From the IMG/VR virus record IMGVR_UViG_3300044899_000017, positions 13,781-77,780 of that record: DNA of 64,000 nt. One strand, written 5' to 3'. The DNA comes from a virus. The first letter of the stretch is position 1. The number at the start of each line of letters is the position of its first letter. The notes beneath the pieces are model-generated. The model saw only the letters and a program-made list of their open reading frames with translations, ran no database searches and had not been told where the DNA came from. Both the position numbers and the translations under genes were made by a program. Positions 47,140 to 56,185 of this stretch are shown one piece after another.

Positions 47140-47783
47140 CGGTGGCCGAGAAGCAGAAGCCGAAGGCGGGGCAGCGTGGCGCGCGGACGCAGGCGAGGCA
47201 GACTCGCGAGCTGACGGTCGAGGAACGTGCCGAGCGCGAGGCCGCGAACGCGAAGCGCGCCGCGGCGAAGGGCGCCCGGCTGAACTCGGCGCAGACGGGC
47301 CTGCGGAACTCGCTGATCATCGCGCGCGCCGCGCAGGGCATGGAGTGGAAGGACATCGCGAAGGAAGCGGGCATCTCGGCGCGGCAGTGCCAGCGCGTCG
47401 CCGAGGCCGCGCGGTCCGTCGATTCGCCGGTGGACGAGTCGCCGATGCAGCTCCTCGAAGGGATCGCGTCGGGCTTCGCTCGAAGCATCGGCGACTACGA
47501 ACGGATGGCGTTCGCGTGGGCCGACACGAATCAGTCGGCGGCGCTCGGCGCGAAGAAGGCCGCGGACGAGACGCGCGCGCGGCTGGCGTCGCTGATGGCC
47601 GAGGTCGGGAAGCTGCCGTCGAACCTCGAACTCTTCCGGTCGGAGATGGCGATGCAGCGGATCGCGGAGCAGATGGTCGGGATGATGCGCGCGGTGGCCG
47701 CGGGCGAGAAGACGCCGGACGAGGCGGTGGCGTTCTTCCGCGAACTCGTCGGGCAGCGCGCACGCGCGCAGCTCGTGGCCTGA
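47136..47783 (+). CDS. HTH protein, candidate terminase small subunit
   Basis: RN..I...A.G..W..IA...GIS.RQ..R HTH followed by helical oligomerisation-like region; -10 TACGAT 6 nt upstream. Confidence 0.55.
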   Translation: MTVAEKQKPKAGQRGARTQARQTRELTVEERAEREAANAKRAAAKGARLNSAQTGLRNSLIIARAAQGMEWKDIAKEAGISARQCQRVAEAARSVDSPVDESPMQLLEGIASGFARSIGDYERMAFAWADTNQSAALGAKKAADETRARLASLMAEVGKLPSNLELFRSEMAMQRIAEQMVGMMRAVAAGEKTPDEAVAFFRELVGQRARAQLVA

Positions 47784-47786
47784 CGC

Positions 47787-47893
47787 GTCCGGGCCGGCGG
47801 GCACGATGCACTGCGGGCGCCGGCGTCGTCGGTCCTCCCCGGAAACGCCGCCGGCGCCCGCTCCGTAGGGTTCGACTCGCGGCGGGCCGGACC
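47787..47893 (+). other. Structured intergenic element (possible ncRNA)
   Basis: Perfect 13-bp stem GCGGGCGCCGGCG/CGCCGGCGCCCGC inside an outer GTCCGG/CCGGAC stem; GGTTCGACTC motif. Confidence 0.4.
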
Positions 47894-47914
47894 TTCACGG
47901 AGTAGCGCGTCGGG

Positions 47915-47968
47915 TGATAACTCTGTTATCGTGGTGGGCGTACCCGAGCTGTCCACCACCACGAGGAG
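47915..47968 (+). promoter_or_regulatory. Early promoter/operator plus leader, copy 5
   Basis: TGATAACTCTGTTATCG then TACCCGAGCTGT...CACGAGGAG. Confidence 0.85.
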
Positions 47969-47979
47969 AATCACCCGCA

Positions 47980-48756
47980 ATGTCCACACTTACCGCAGTC
48001 CCCGCAGCCGCCGCCATCGCGCCGGCGCCGCCGCAGCCGCAGGTCGCCGATCCCATCGCGCCGTTCATCGCGCCGCACCTGCTCGTGACGACCGCGCACC
48101 CGTCGCTGCTTCAGCATCCCGACCCGGACACGGACGCGCCGGTGCATCGCCATCTCGGCCGTCTGCTGCAACCGCGGCACACGTCAAGCGTCGAGGCGAC
48201 CGCCGCGGCCGGCATCCCGTGGGCCTGCGATAACGACTGCTTTCAGGGCCTCGACGAGAAGGCATTCGTGCGGATGATCGACCGCATGGTGGGCCTGCCC
48301 GGCTGCCGGTTCGTGACGGTGCCCGACGTGGTGGCCGACGCGCGCGCCACGGCGAAGCAGTTCGAGACGTGGGCGCCGGCGCTCGAACGCCGCGGCCTCC
48401 CGCTCGCGCTCGTGCTTCAGAACGGCATCGACGCGCCCGACCTTCAGGGGTGGCTCGCGTTCACGTGGCACCGGCTCGACGCGGTGTTCATCGGCGGCGA
48501 CGACGACTTCAAGCTCGGACCGCTCGCGGCCGAGCTGGCGCGCGACGCGAAGGCGCACGGCCTGCACGTTCACTGGGGCCGCGTGAACTCGCGCAAGCGG
48601 ATGAAGCACTGCATCGAGACGGGCGCGTGCGACTCGCTCGACGGCTCGATGTGGGCGCGCTTCCGAAAGACGCATCTCGATAAGGGGCTGCGGTGGCTCG
48701 GCGAGCTGTCGTCGGAGCCGATGCTGCCGTTCGAGCTGGCGGTCGCCGCGGCCTAG
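47980..48756 (+). CDS. TGT-fold / DpdA-like base-exchange enzyme
   Basis: W..DN.CF, VPD.V.D...T, V.Q.G, FIGG, H.GRVN...R, DS.DGS. Confidence 0.7.
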   Translation: MSTLTAVPAAAAIAPAPPQPQVADPIAPFIAPHLLVTTAHPSLLQHPDPDTDAPVHRHLGRLLQPRHTSSVEATAAAGIPWACDNDCFQGLDEKAFVRMIDRMVGLPGCRFVTVPDVVADARATAKQFETWAPALERRGLPLALVLQNGIDAPDLQGWLAFTWHRLDAVFIGGDDDFKLGPLAAELARDAKAHGLHVHWGRVNSRKRMKHCIETGACDSLDGSMWARFRKTHLDKGLRWLGELSSEPMLPFELAVAAA

Positions 48757-48848
48757 CCGCCGGCGACACGGGCCTCGTGCCCGAGGAGGTAGGGAAGCAT
48801 CCGCGGCGCCTTCGGGCGCCGCGATTCGTTCCGGGCCTCGCGTGCCGC

Positions 48849-48900
48849 CGATAACTCTGTTATCGTGCCGTGTGTACCCGAGCTGCACGACCTGAGGAGG
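48849..48900 (+). promoter_or_regulatory. Early promoter/operator plus leader, copy 6
   Basis: CGATAACTCTGTTATCG then TACCCGAGCTGCACGA..GAGGAGG. Confidence 0.85.
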
Positions 48901-48905
48901 TCGCG

Positions 48906-49961
48906 ATGTCCACCACCACTAGCACTTCCCACACGTACGCGGTAGGCGACCGCGTTCGCATCCTGAAGCCGGGCGAGGAGGGCGAGGGGCAGATCACCTT
49001 CGTCTCCGACGACGGCGCGCCGGCGAGCCTCGAAGTCTCCCGGCACTTCGCCGGCGGGCTGTGGCTGCGACCCGATCAGGTCGAGCTGATCACGCCGGCG
49101 CCCGAGGTTCAGAAGACGGAGGCCGGCGAAGACGGCATCCGCGCGGAGAAGGTGCTGATCACGGAGCGGAACGCCGGCGGGCAGTGCGTGCGCGAGGTCG
49201 TGGTCGAGCGGATCACGGAGGACGGCTCGATCCGGCAGACGACGGTCCGCGAGGTCGAGTACGACACGGAGACGGCGACCGCGAAGTGGGAGACGCCGCG
49301 CGCTGTCTCGCCGGACCGCGCGACCGCGTACATCGAGGAGTGCTACGAGCGCGAGCTGCTGACGCGGCCCGGGGAGGAGCTGATCATGCCGACGATGTTC
49401 GACGAGATTCGGAGCCGTCACGCGACGGAGCAGGACGCGGCGCGCGAGCTGGGCCGCGGGCTGATGCGCGGCGACCGCGCCAGCTTCAAGCTCGGGTGGT
49501 CGTGGGAGAACTCGGCGCTCGCCGCCATCGACGCGTACACGCTCGACGACGACGACATCGCGGAGCTGCGCTGCTACCTGCTCGGCTATGCGGTCGGGCT
49601 GTCCGCCGGCGGCGGCGACGAGATGGGCGAGCGGATGCTCGCGCGGCTGCCGCAGCCGGAGGAGTTCCGCGCGGCGTACACGACCGGGAAGCACGACGGC
49701 CGGCAGGAGCAGGTCGGCGTGACCTACCCGGACGTGATCGAGACGGCCGCGGCGCGGCGCCAGCGCGAGCGCGAAGAGCTGCTGACGATGCGCGAGTGCG
49801 GCTGCGGCGCGACGACGGAGGGCGAATGCTGCGCCGCGGTGGAGGGCTACTTCACGTCGCTCGGGCAGCGCTCCGAACACGAGCTGCGCGAGCTGCACGA
49901 GGGCGACGGCTGCGAGGCCGCGCGCATCCTCCTCGTGAAGCGCGCGGGGCGGGACTCCTAA
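48906..49961 (+). CDS. Hypothetical multi-domain protein, N-terminal SH3/KOW-like domain
   Basis: RBS then ATG 48906; Y.VGDRVRI...G.I. Confidence 0.75.
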   Translation: MSTTTSTSHTYAVGDRVRILKPGEEGEGQITFVSDDGAPASLEVSRHFAGGLWLRPDQVELITPAPEVQKTEAGEDGIRAEKVLITERNAGGQCVREVVVERITEDGSIRQTTVREVEYDTETATAKWETPRAVSPDRATAYIEECYERELLTRPGEELIMPTMFDEIRSRHATEQDAARELGRGLMRGDRASFKLGWSWENSALAAIDAYTLDDDDIAELRCYLLGYAVGLSAGGGDEMGERMLARLPQPEEFRAAYTTGKHDGRQEQVGVTYPDVIETAAARRQREREELLTMRECGCGATTEGECCAAVEGYFTSLGQRSEHELRELHEGDGCEAARILLVKRAGRDS

Positions 49962-49996
49962 CGAAACTTCGGCTCGGGTACAGCGACCGAAGGCGT

Positions 49997-50026
49997 GACC
50001 GGCCGGCTCCTCGTGGCCGGCCGGTC
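49997..50026 (+). terminator. Hairpin with TCCTCGTG loop
   Basis: GACCGGCCGGC-TCCTCGTG-GCCGGCCGGTC. Confidence 0.55.
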
Positions 50027-50076
50027 CGCAGCCTAAGATCGCGCCACCCGAGCTGTAGGAATCCGAGGATCGAGCG

Positions 50077-52974
50077 ATGGCCGACGAGAAGACACTCGAA
50101 GAGGAGCAGGCGAAGCTAGCCGAGCTGGCGCGCCGCGCCGAGGAGTTGCGCGCCGCGGAGACGGGCACGGACCTCGTGCCCGTCGGCGGGCAGTCGCCGG
50201 AGGCCGCGAAGCGCGAGATGGCGAAGACGAAGGCCGAGGCCGCGCGTCGCATGAAGGCCGTGCAGGTGCAGGGCGCGAAGGTCCGCGCGATCATCGAACG
50301 GCAGGCGAAGGAAGCCGAGCGCGTGATGCAGGCCGCACTCGCCGAACTCGAACCGATGCAGGAGATGGTCCGCCGGCTCGAAGAGGGCATATGGACGGTG
50401 AACCTGTACCTCGGCACGAGCGAGAAGATCGTGCAGCTCGCCGACGGGAAGCCGGCGTCGAAGGACACGCCGATCACGGTCCGGCAGCTCGTGCTGTCGA
50501 TGGACGAGGAGTGCGCCATCGAGGCCGACTCCGGCGGCATCGACTCGATGGACATCCCGAAGTTCGACCGGTGGCTGCAAGAGGACTGGCGCCACGTCGA
50601 GCAGGTGCTTCCCGAGCTGAAGGGCGTCGTCGCGCTCGTGCCGCGGCAGGGCGAGGGGAAGGACTACGGCGGCTATGGCGGCGGCATCCTTCAGTCCGAG
50701 GTCGAGAAGGAAAACAAGCGCACGTACATCCTGATCCGGAACGGCGAGAAGCTGTGGCGCGTGCGGCCGAACATGGTCGTCGGCGAACGGCTCGTGCCGA
50801 CCTCGGACGAGTTCACGGACCTCTTCCTCGACCGCGGCTTCGGTGGACGCTCGGAGCCGAAGGTGATGAAGCCCGGCTCGAAGGCGTGGGAGAACGCGGC
50901 TAAGGCGATGGAGGCGCGCGAGCGCCACTACATGCGCGTGGCGCTCGTGCTTCAGGGCCTTACGGATCGCACGCCGGTCTTCCACCCGATGCCCGAGGCC
51001 GGCGTGTCGTTCCTCGAACGCCAGCACTACGCGGAGCAGCGCGTGCGGTTCATCCTCGACGCCGAACGTTCGCTCGGCACGGGCCGCGAAGAGTTCCGCG
51101 ACTGGCAGAAGCGGCTGATGGGCGAGCTGCGCGTGGGGATGCGCGTCGTCGGCGACTTCCGCCGGTGGAAGGGCGCCGGCTTTGGCTCGCTGCACCGCGA
51201 GCCGCGCGACCGATGGGACCTGCGCGGGCACGAGCGGCTGCACCCGCCGGAGGCGATCTACCCGACGACGGGCGAGCTGTATGCCATCGAGGAGCGCCGC
51301 GGCGACGACCTGATCTTCCGCTACAGCCGCGGCACGATTTACGACCCGAAGCTGTGGGTCGAGTCGGAGACGCGGCCGGGGTGGGGGCACTACGGCGGCG
51401 AGCGCGAGGCGAAGCAGCGGGCCTCGTGCGTCGTGCAGCAGAAGGACGAGTGGGTCATGCCGTTCGACCTCGTGACGGAGGCCGAGTGCGAGGCGTACCT
51501 GCGGGCACGCACGGAGCGCCACGCATACCGGGAGATGTTCCCGCTGCTGAAGGCCGTGATCAAGGCGAAGCGCCGCGAGGCCGAGGAGGAGGCGCCGTTC
51601 CGGACGATGCTCGCCGGCGTGCTGGCGCGCGAGAACGGCGGGACGGTCGAGGAGGCCGAGGCCGAGCTGCCCGACCTCGTGTCGTGGTGGAAGCTGAAGA
51701 ACCGCAATCACCGGCCGCTCGTCGGCGACGAGGCGTCGAACGCGAAGGCCGTCCGGATGATCGTCGCCGAGCATCGCCGGCGGATCGAGGATCGGCACCG
51801 GCCGATCCGCGCCGAGGTCGTCGCCGAGCTGAAGCACGAGCATCCCGAGGCGGTCGTGATCGTGCGGCCGCGCCGCGGCGGGTATCTCGTGCTGCTGCCC
51901 GCGGAGCCGGTGAAGAACGTGTGGGTCCACGAGGTCGAGTACTCGGCGCGCGGCGAGTTGAAGGAACGCCGCGAGTGGCAGCTCGTGCGCGACCGGCAGA
52001 CGCGGTGGACGGTGGCGCACGCCGGCGCGCGGTGGGGCGAGTGGGACACGGGCGCGTCTGCGCTAGATCACCTGACCGGACCCGAGCGCGCGCAGCTCGC
52101 CGAGGCCGTGCGGCGGAAGCACGCCGGCACGAAGAAGGTCGAGCGGTACGACGGGCCGCTGCTCGCCATCACGCACGAGCTGACGAAGGACGGCGACGAC
52201 GAGTTCGTGGCGTGGATGCGGACGGGGTTTACTGCGACGCTCGACGAGGCGCACCCGCTGACCGTCAGGCCGTCGGAGCCGGACTCACACGGCGACGTGT
52301 ACGGCTGGCGGCGAACTACCGGCGGCGGCGTCACGCTCGCGCAGAGCGCGTGGGGCGGCACGCGCAGCGGGTGGCTCGGCCGGCACTTCATCGACGACGA
52401 CGGCGAGCCGGGGTGGGCGTGGGAGCAGGGCGCCGGCGAAGTGCTGTACCTCGACGAGAAGCGGATCGAGAAGCTGAAGGCCGACCGCGTGCGGTACGAG
52501 GCGCTTCAGGACCGCCGGCACGACCTCGAACGCGAGGCGGGCCGGTGGCACGGCGACATCGAGGCGCAGTGGCTCGCAGCGCGCGAGCGCGAGCGGTTCG
52601 AGGCGTTCCTGCGGGAGTACTCGGAGCCGGAGCTGTGGGCGGGGCACCGGAAGGGCCTGAAAGACCTGCGGTGGCCGACGGCGGCGCAGGCTGACCTGCT
52701 GTGGCAGGCGCTCGCCGATGCGGTCGAGCGCGGCGTGCCGATCAAGGGGCGGACTGTCGCCGACCTCGTGGGCGACCGGAAGGTGTCGAAGGGCGACCGC
52801 GAGAACTTCGGGCTGCCGAAGGGCGCCGGCGACCTCGTGTTCGGCGCCGAACCGGTGCAGGGGCCGTGGAACGCGCCCGAGGAGGACGACGAGCCGGAGG
52901 ACGAGCTGATCGTCGAGGAGGACGACGAGGAGCCGTTCGAGGTCGTCGAGGTCGATGCCGAGGAAGTCGCGTGA
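50077..52974 (+). CDS. Large hypothetical phage protein (965 aa)
   Basis: Long ORF, own -10 (TAAGAT) and leader; N-terminal coiled coil, globular core, acidic tail. Confidence 0.85.
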   Translation: MADEKTLEEEQAKLAELARRAEELRAAETGTDLVPVGGQSPEAAKREMAKTKAEAARRMKAVQVQGAKVRAIIERQAKEAERVMQAALAELEPMQEMVRRLEEGIWTVNLYLGTSEKIVQLADGKPASKDTPITVRQLVLSMDEECAIEADSGGIDSMDIPKFDRWLQEDWRHVEQVLPELKGVVALVPRQGEGKDYGGYGGGILQSEVEKENKRTYILIRNGEKLWRVRPNMVVGERLVPTSDEFTDLFLDRGFGGRSEPKVMKPGSKAWENAAKAMEARERHYMRVALVLQGLTDRTPVFHPMPEAGVSFLERQHYAEQRVRFILDAERSLGTGREEFRDWQKRLMGELRVGMRVVGDFRRWKGAGFGSLHREPRDRWDLRGHERLHPPEAIYPTTGELYAIEERRGDDLIFRYSRGTIYDPKLWVESETRPGWGHYGGEREAKQRASCVVQQKDEWVMPFDLVTEAECEAYLRARTERHAYREMFPLLKAVIKAKRREAEEEAPFRTMLAGVLARENGGTVEEAEAELPDLVSWWKLKNRNHRPLVGDEASNAKAVRMIVAEHRRRIEDRHRPIRAEVVAELKHEHPEAVVIVRPRRGGYLVLLPAEPVKNVWVHEVEYSARGELKERREWQLVRDRQTRWTVAHAGARWGEWDTGASALDHLTGPERAQLAEAVRRKHAGTKKVERYDGPLLAITHELTKDGDDEFVAWMRTGFTATLDEAHPLTVRPSEPDSHGDVYGWRRTTGGGVTLAQSAWGGTRSGWLGRHFIDDDGEPGWAWEQGAGEVLYLDEKRIEKLKADRVRYEALQDRRHDLEREAGRWHGDIEAQWLAARERERFEAFLREYSEPELWAGHRKGLKDLRWPTAAQADLLWQALADAVERGVPIKGRTVADLVGDRKVSKGDRENFGLPKGAGDLVFGAEPVQGPWNAPEEDDEPEDELIVEEDDEEPFEVVEVDAEEVA

Positions 52975-53522
52975 TGGCCGAGCCGACACGCGGGCCGACG
53001 CTCGAAGAGATGGCGCAGGCGCACGAGCGCGGCCGGCAGCAGCTCGCCGACGCGGAAGCGCGCGTCGAGGAGTTGCGCGGTCCGTGGGAGGAAGCGTGCG
53101 GCCATCGCGATCAGCTCGCGCAAGCGCTGAAGCTGATCGGGCACGGGATGGCGAACGCGCATCGCCAGCACGCCATCGAGCGGGCGCTCGACGAACGCGG
53201 CGTCTCGTACGTGGCGCCGCTGATCATCGCGCCCGAGACGACGCACGAGCGGATGGCGAGCGGCGTCTACGCGCGCACTGCCGAACTCGTGGCCGTCGGC
53301 CCGGAGGGCACGGGCCTCTATCGCACGTTCGGGTGGAATAAGAACGTCTCCGGCGCGCGGCAGGGGCGGCAGTTTAAGCGGCTCGACGATGACGGGAAGC
53401 TGATCGCGTGGGGCGAACATCGCGGCAGCATCTACTCGGACCCGTACAAGCCGAAGCCTCCTCCCGAGGGCGGGAAGTGGCGGTGGCTGAAGGTGCGCGA
53501 GCAGGAGGCGCTGACGACGTGA
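52974..53522 (+). CDS. Hypothetical protein
   Basis: TGATG coupling; N-terminal coiled coil. Confidence 0.7.
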   Translation: MAEPTRGPTLEEMAQAHERGRQQLADAEARVEELRGPWEEACGHRDQLAQALKLIGHGMANAHRQHAIERALDERGVSYVAPLIIAPETTHERMASGVYARTAELVAVGPEGTGLYRTFGWNKNVSGARQGRQFKRLDDDGKLIAWGEHRGSIYSDPYKPKPPPEGGKWRWLKVREQEALTT

Positions 53523-54259
53523 CGCTGCTGCCGCACTTCCACTACCGGGCGCCGGCGCTCGACCTGAAGCTGTCCGACCCGCGCGAGCAGATGCGGTGGG
53601 CGCTGAAGTACATCCGGAGCCGCTATGGCTTGACGCCGTTCCCGTGGTCGTCGTGGGCCGCGGGTCACTACGAACGAGGGGGAACGATGGGACGACGACT
53701 GAACACGCAAGCGCCGGCGAATCCGTACCGGCAGCCGGACACGCAGACGGAGGAGCTGTTCGCCGGCGCAGGGATGGGGTACGTCGGGCCGGGGCCGCGC
53801 CGGCACGACACGGAGGACGGGCCGGGCATCACGGCCGGCGACCTCGACCGCATCGCGCGGGATCATCATCGCGACGGCTACGCGAAGGCCGAGCGCAAGT
53901 ACGAGGCGCAGCTCGACGAGCTGCGGGCACGGCTCGCGGACGCGTACGACGAGGGATACTTCGCCGGCCGCATCGAGCGCGCGCAGGGCCTCGCTCGCGA
54001 CGTGTTCACGCGACTCTTCGATCCGCAGTCGAAGGTGATCACGGCACGCGGCATCGTTACGGACGCCATCACGGCCGGGCCGAAGGCGAAGGCGACCGAA
54101 CGGGTACACGTCGCGCTCGACGGCATCGAGGCGTCGCTCGTCGAGGTCCGCGAGTTCGCCGCGGCGCTCTTCACGCCGCACGACCCGGCCGGCGCTGAAG
54201 CGCTCGCGGCGGCGCACGTGGCCGCGACGGACCCGCACTCGACGACCTCTCTCCGCTGA
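53519..54259 (+). CDS. Hypothetical protein; N-terminus resembles the C-terminal end of a tape-measure transglycosylase (internal start at 53686 possible)
   Basis: GTGA overlap; DPREQMRWALKYIRSRYG...HYERGG. Confidence 0.65.
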   Translation: MTLLPHFHYRAPALDLKLSDPREQMRWALKYIRSRYGLTPFPWSSWAAGHYERGGTMGRRLNTQAPANPYRQPDTQTEELFAGAGMGYVGPGPRRHDTEDGPGITAGDLDRIARDHHRDGYAKAERKYEAQLDELRARLADAYDEGYFAGRIERAQGLARDVFTRLFDPQSKVITARGIVTDAITAGPKAKATERVHVALDGIEASLVEVREFAAALFTPHDPAGAEALAAAHVAATDPHSTTSLR

Positions 54260-55356
54260 TGGACGAGACGGAGCTGATGGCGCGCAGGCTGACGGGCGGG
54301 CTGCCGGACGAGATAGAGGCTCGGGCGCAGCCGCTCGGGCAGGCGGTGGTGCGCGTCGATCACGGGATGCACGAGCGCGGCGAGGAGGTCACGCTGTCGT
54401 TCGCCGGCGGCGACCTGCTGCTGACCGCGCGTGCGGACACGCCGGGCGTGATCGAAGTGAAGTGGCTCGACCCGACGATGCGGATGCTCGTGGCGACGAT
54501 CATGGAGACGGCGCACTCGAACCCGGAGCCGGCCGAGGGGATGCCGTTCTTCACGGTCGAGCGCGGCGCGGAGCCTCCCTCGGGCGATCCGGAGAAGCTG
54601 CCGCACGCGCCGGCGTACGAGGTCGGCGAGTTCGGGCCGGTCCACTCGATCACGTGGGGGCTGAAGCCGTGGTGGCGCGTCGCGCCGTGGCGGTGGCCGG
54701 CGCGGCTCGCGCGGTGGTGGCGCGGCGACGACCTGCGCGAGCGGGAGGCCGCGGGCGACTTCCCGGCCTACCTCTTCGACGTTGCGCGGAAGCGGCTCGG
54801 CGACGATCACGAAGTGGTGCGCGAGCGGCTTCGCGAGCTGCGGCTCGACGCAGCGCGGCGGCGCATCCGGGAGCGGTTCGACGCCGACGCACCCGAGGAG
54901 CTGCGGACGGACGGGCTGTCCTTCTGGCACGAGATGACGGAGCCGATGGTCGAAGAGCTGGCGCAGATGGAGGTCGCTATCGAGGCGGGCGAGGTCGAGG
55001 CGGAAGGGGTGGACGTGATGCCGGGGAGTTGCGACTGCCCGAAGGACGAGCGCGGGCCGCTCTTCACGAAGCACGCGTACGGGTGCCCGGAGGCGCCGCT
55101 CGCGAAGTGGCCGGGGATGACGACGTGCGGCGCGTTCCGCGATCCGTACGCGTTCGACGGCGTGCCGACGCCGCTCGTGCTGCGGAGCTGCGAGCGCGAG
55201 CCGGGGCACGAGCCGCCGCATCGCATCTCGTGGCAGGCGGGCGAGTCGCTAGACGGCTCGGAGCGGTGGGAGGCGGGCTTCCACGAGTGGGGCGGGACGC
55301 CGGCGCATTCGTCGGCGGCATACACGCGACGAGAAGGGGCTGACGATGGACGCTGA
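54259..55356 (+). CDS. Hypothetical mosaic protein
   Basis: 365-aa ORF; C-terminal C....GH...H motif. Confidence 0.7.
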   Translation: MDETELMARRLTGGLPDEIEARAQPLGQAVVRVDHGMHERGEEVTLSFAGGDLLLTARADTPGVIEVKWLDPTMRMLVATIMETAHSNPEPAEGMPFFTVERGAEPPSGDPEKLPHAPAYEVGEFGPVHSITWGLKPWWRVAPWRWPARLARWWRGDDLREREAAGDFPAYLFDVARKRLGDDHEVVRERLRELRLDAARRRIRERFDADAPEELRTDGLSFWHEMTEPMVEELAQMEVAIEAGEVEAEGVDVMPGSCDCPKDERGPLFTKHAYGCPEAPLAKWPGMTTCGAFRDPYAFDGVPTPLVLRSCEREPGHEPPHRISWQAGESLDGSERWEAGFHEWGGTPAHSSAAYTRREGADDGR

Positions 55357-56185
55357 CACGCTGGCGAGGGTGCTGCACGCGCACCCGATGCCGTGGGTAC
55401 GACCGCCCGATATCGAGCCGATGCCGTGGGAGCGGATGCACCCGAGCGCGCAGGGGCAGGCGGTCAGGCACGCGCAGGTGATCCTCGACGACCTCGCGGC
55501 GCGCGGCGAGTTCGGCGAGTGGTTGGAGTGCGAGGGCTGTCACGCGAAGACGCAGGTCCGGCTCGATGCCGGGTGGCACTGCGCGAGCTGCGGCGGGTCG
55601 CTCGCGGCCGTCCGCGCGTTCCGGCGGGTGCTGACGGACGACGAGCGCGCAATGTCGCCGGTGGACCGCGTGGCGTCGTTCATCACGCGGAACTCGTTCG
55701 AGCGCGACGGACTGCGGCTGATGGACATCCCGGCCGACCCGACGAGCCTCGCGGCGGCGTTCGTGCAGGCCGCGAACGGCGAGATAGAGCCGCGAAGCGA
55801 CGCTGAACGTCGCGGAAGCGTGGCCGGAAGGCTGCCGTGGGGCGTCGTGTTCGGCGGGAAGCGGCATCTCGTGCATGGCTCGGGCGACGGGCGGACGCTG
55901 TGCGACGTGCGGGTGCCGGGCCTCGCCGAGCTGGCGCGGGAGACGGTCGCCGCGGACACGCAGCCGTGCGAGCTGTGCGAGGTCGCGACGCTCCTGCCGG
56001 TCCCGAAGTGCGCCGGCTGCGGGGAGACGGTGGGCGACGGAACGCTGCTCGACTACGCGAAGAGGCAGACGGCGCAGGGCAGGCCGCGGCCGGAGCTGAT
56101 CCCGGAGGGGATGACGGACGACGAGGCCGCGGAGCAGGGCTGCCCGGCGTGCGTGCAGGCGCGCAGCGACGAGCGGGTCTTCTGA
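55346..56185 (+). CDS. Hypothetical protein with several CxxC motifs
   Basis: CEGC, CASC, CELC, CAGC, CPAC. Confidence 0.7.
   Translation: MDADTLARVLHAHPMPWVRPPDIEPMPWERMHPSAQGQAVRHAQVILDDLAARGEFGEWLECEGCHAKTQVRLDAGWHCASCGGSLAAVRAFRRVLTDDERAMSPVDRVASFITRNSFERDGLRLMDIPADPTSLAAAFVQAANGEIEPRSDAERRGSVAGRLPWGVVFGGKRHLVHGSGDGRTLCDVRVPGLAELARETVAADTQPCELCEVATLLPVPKCAGCGETVGDGTLLDYAKRQTAQGRPRPELIPEGMTDDEAAEQGCPACVQARSDERVF

Noticed and set aside
47860-47895. tRNA gene suggested by GGTTCGACTC
   Set aside because: T-stem does not pair and no D or anticodon arms or CCA are present; kept only as a structured element.
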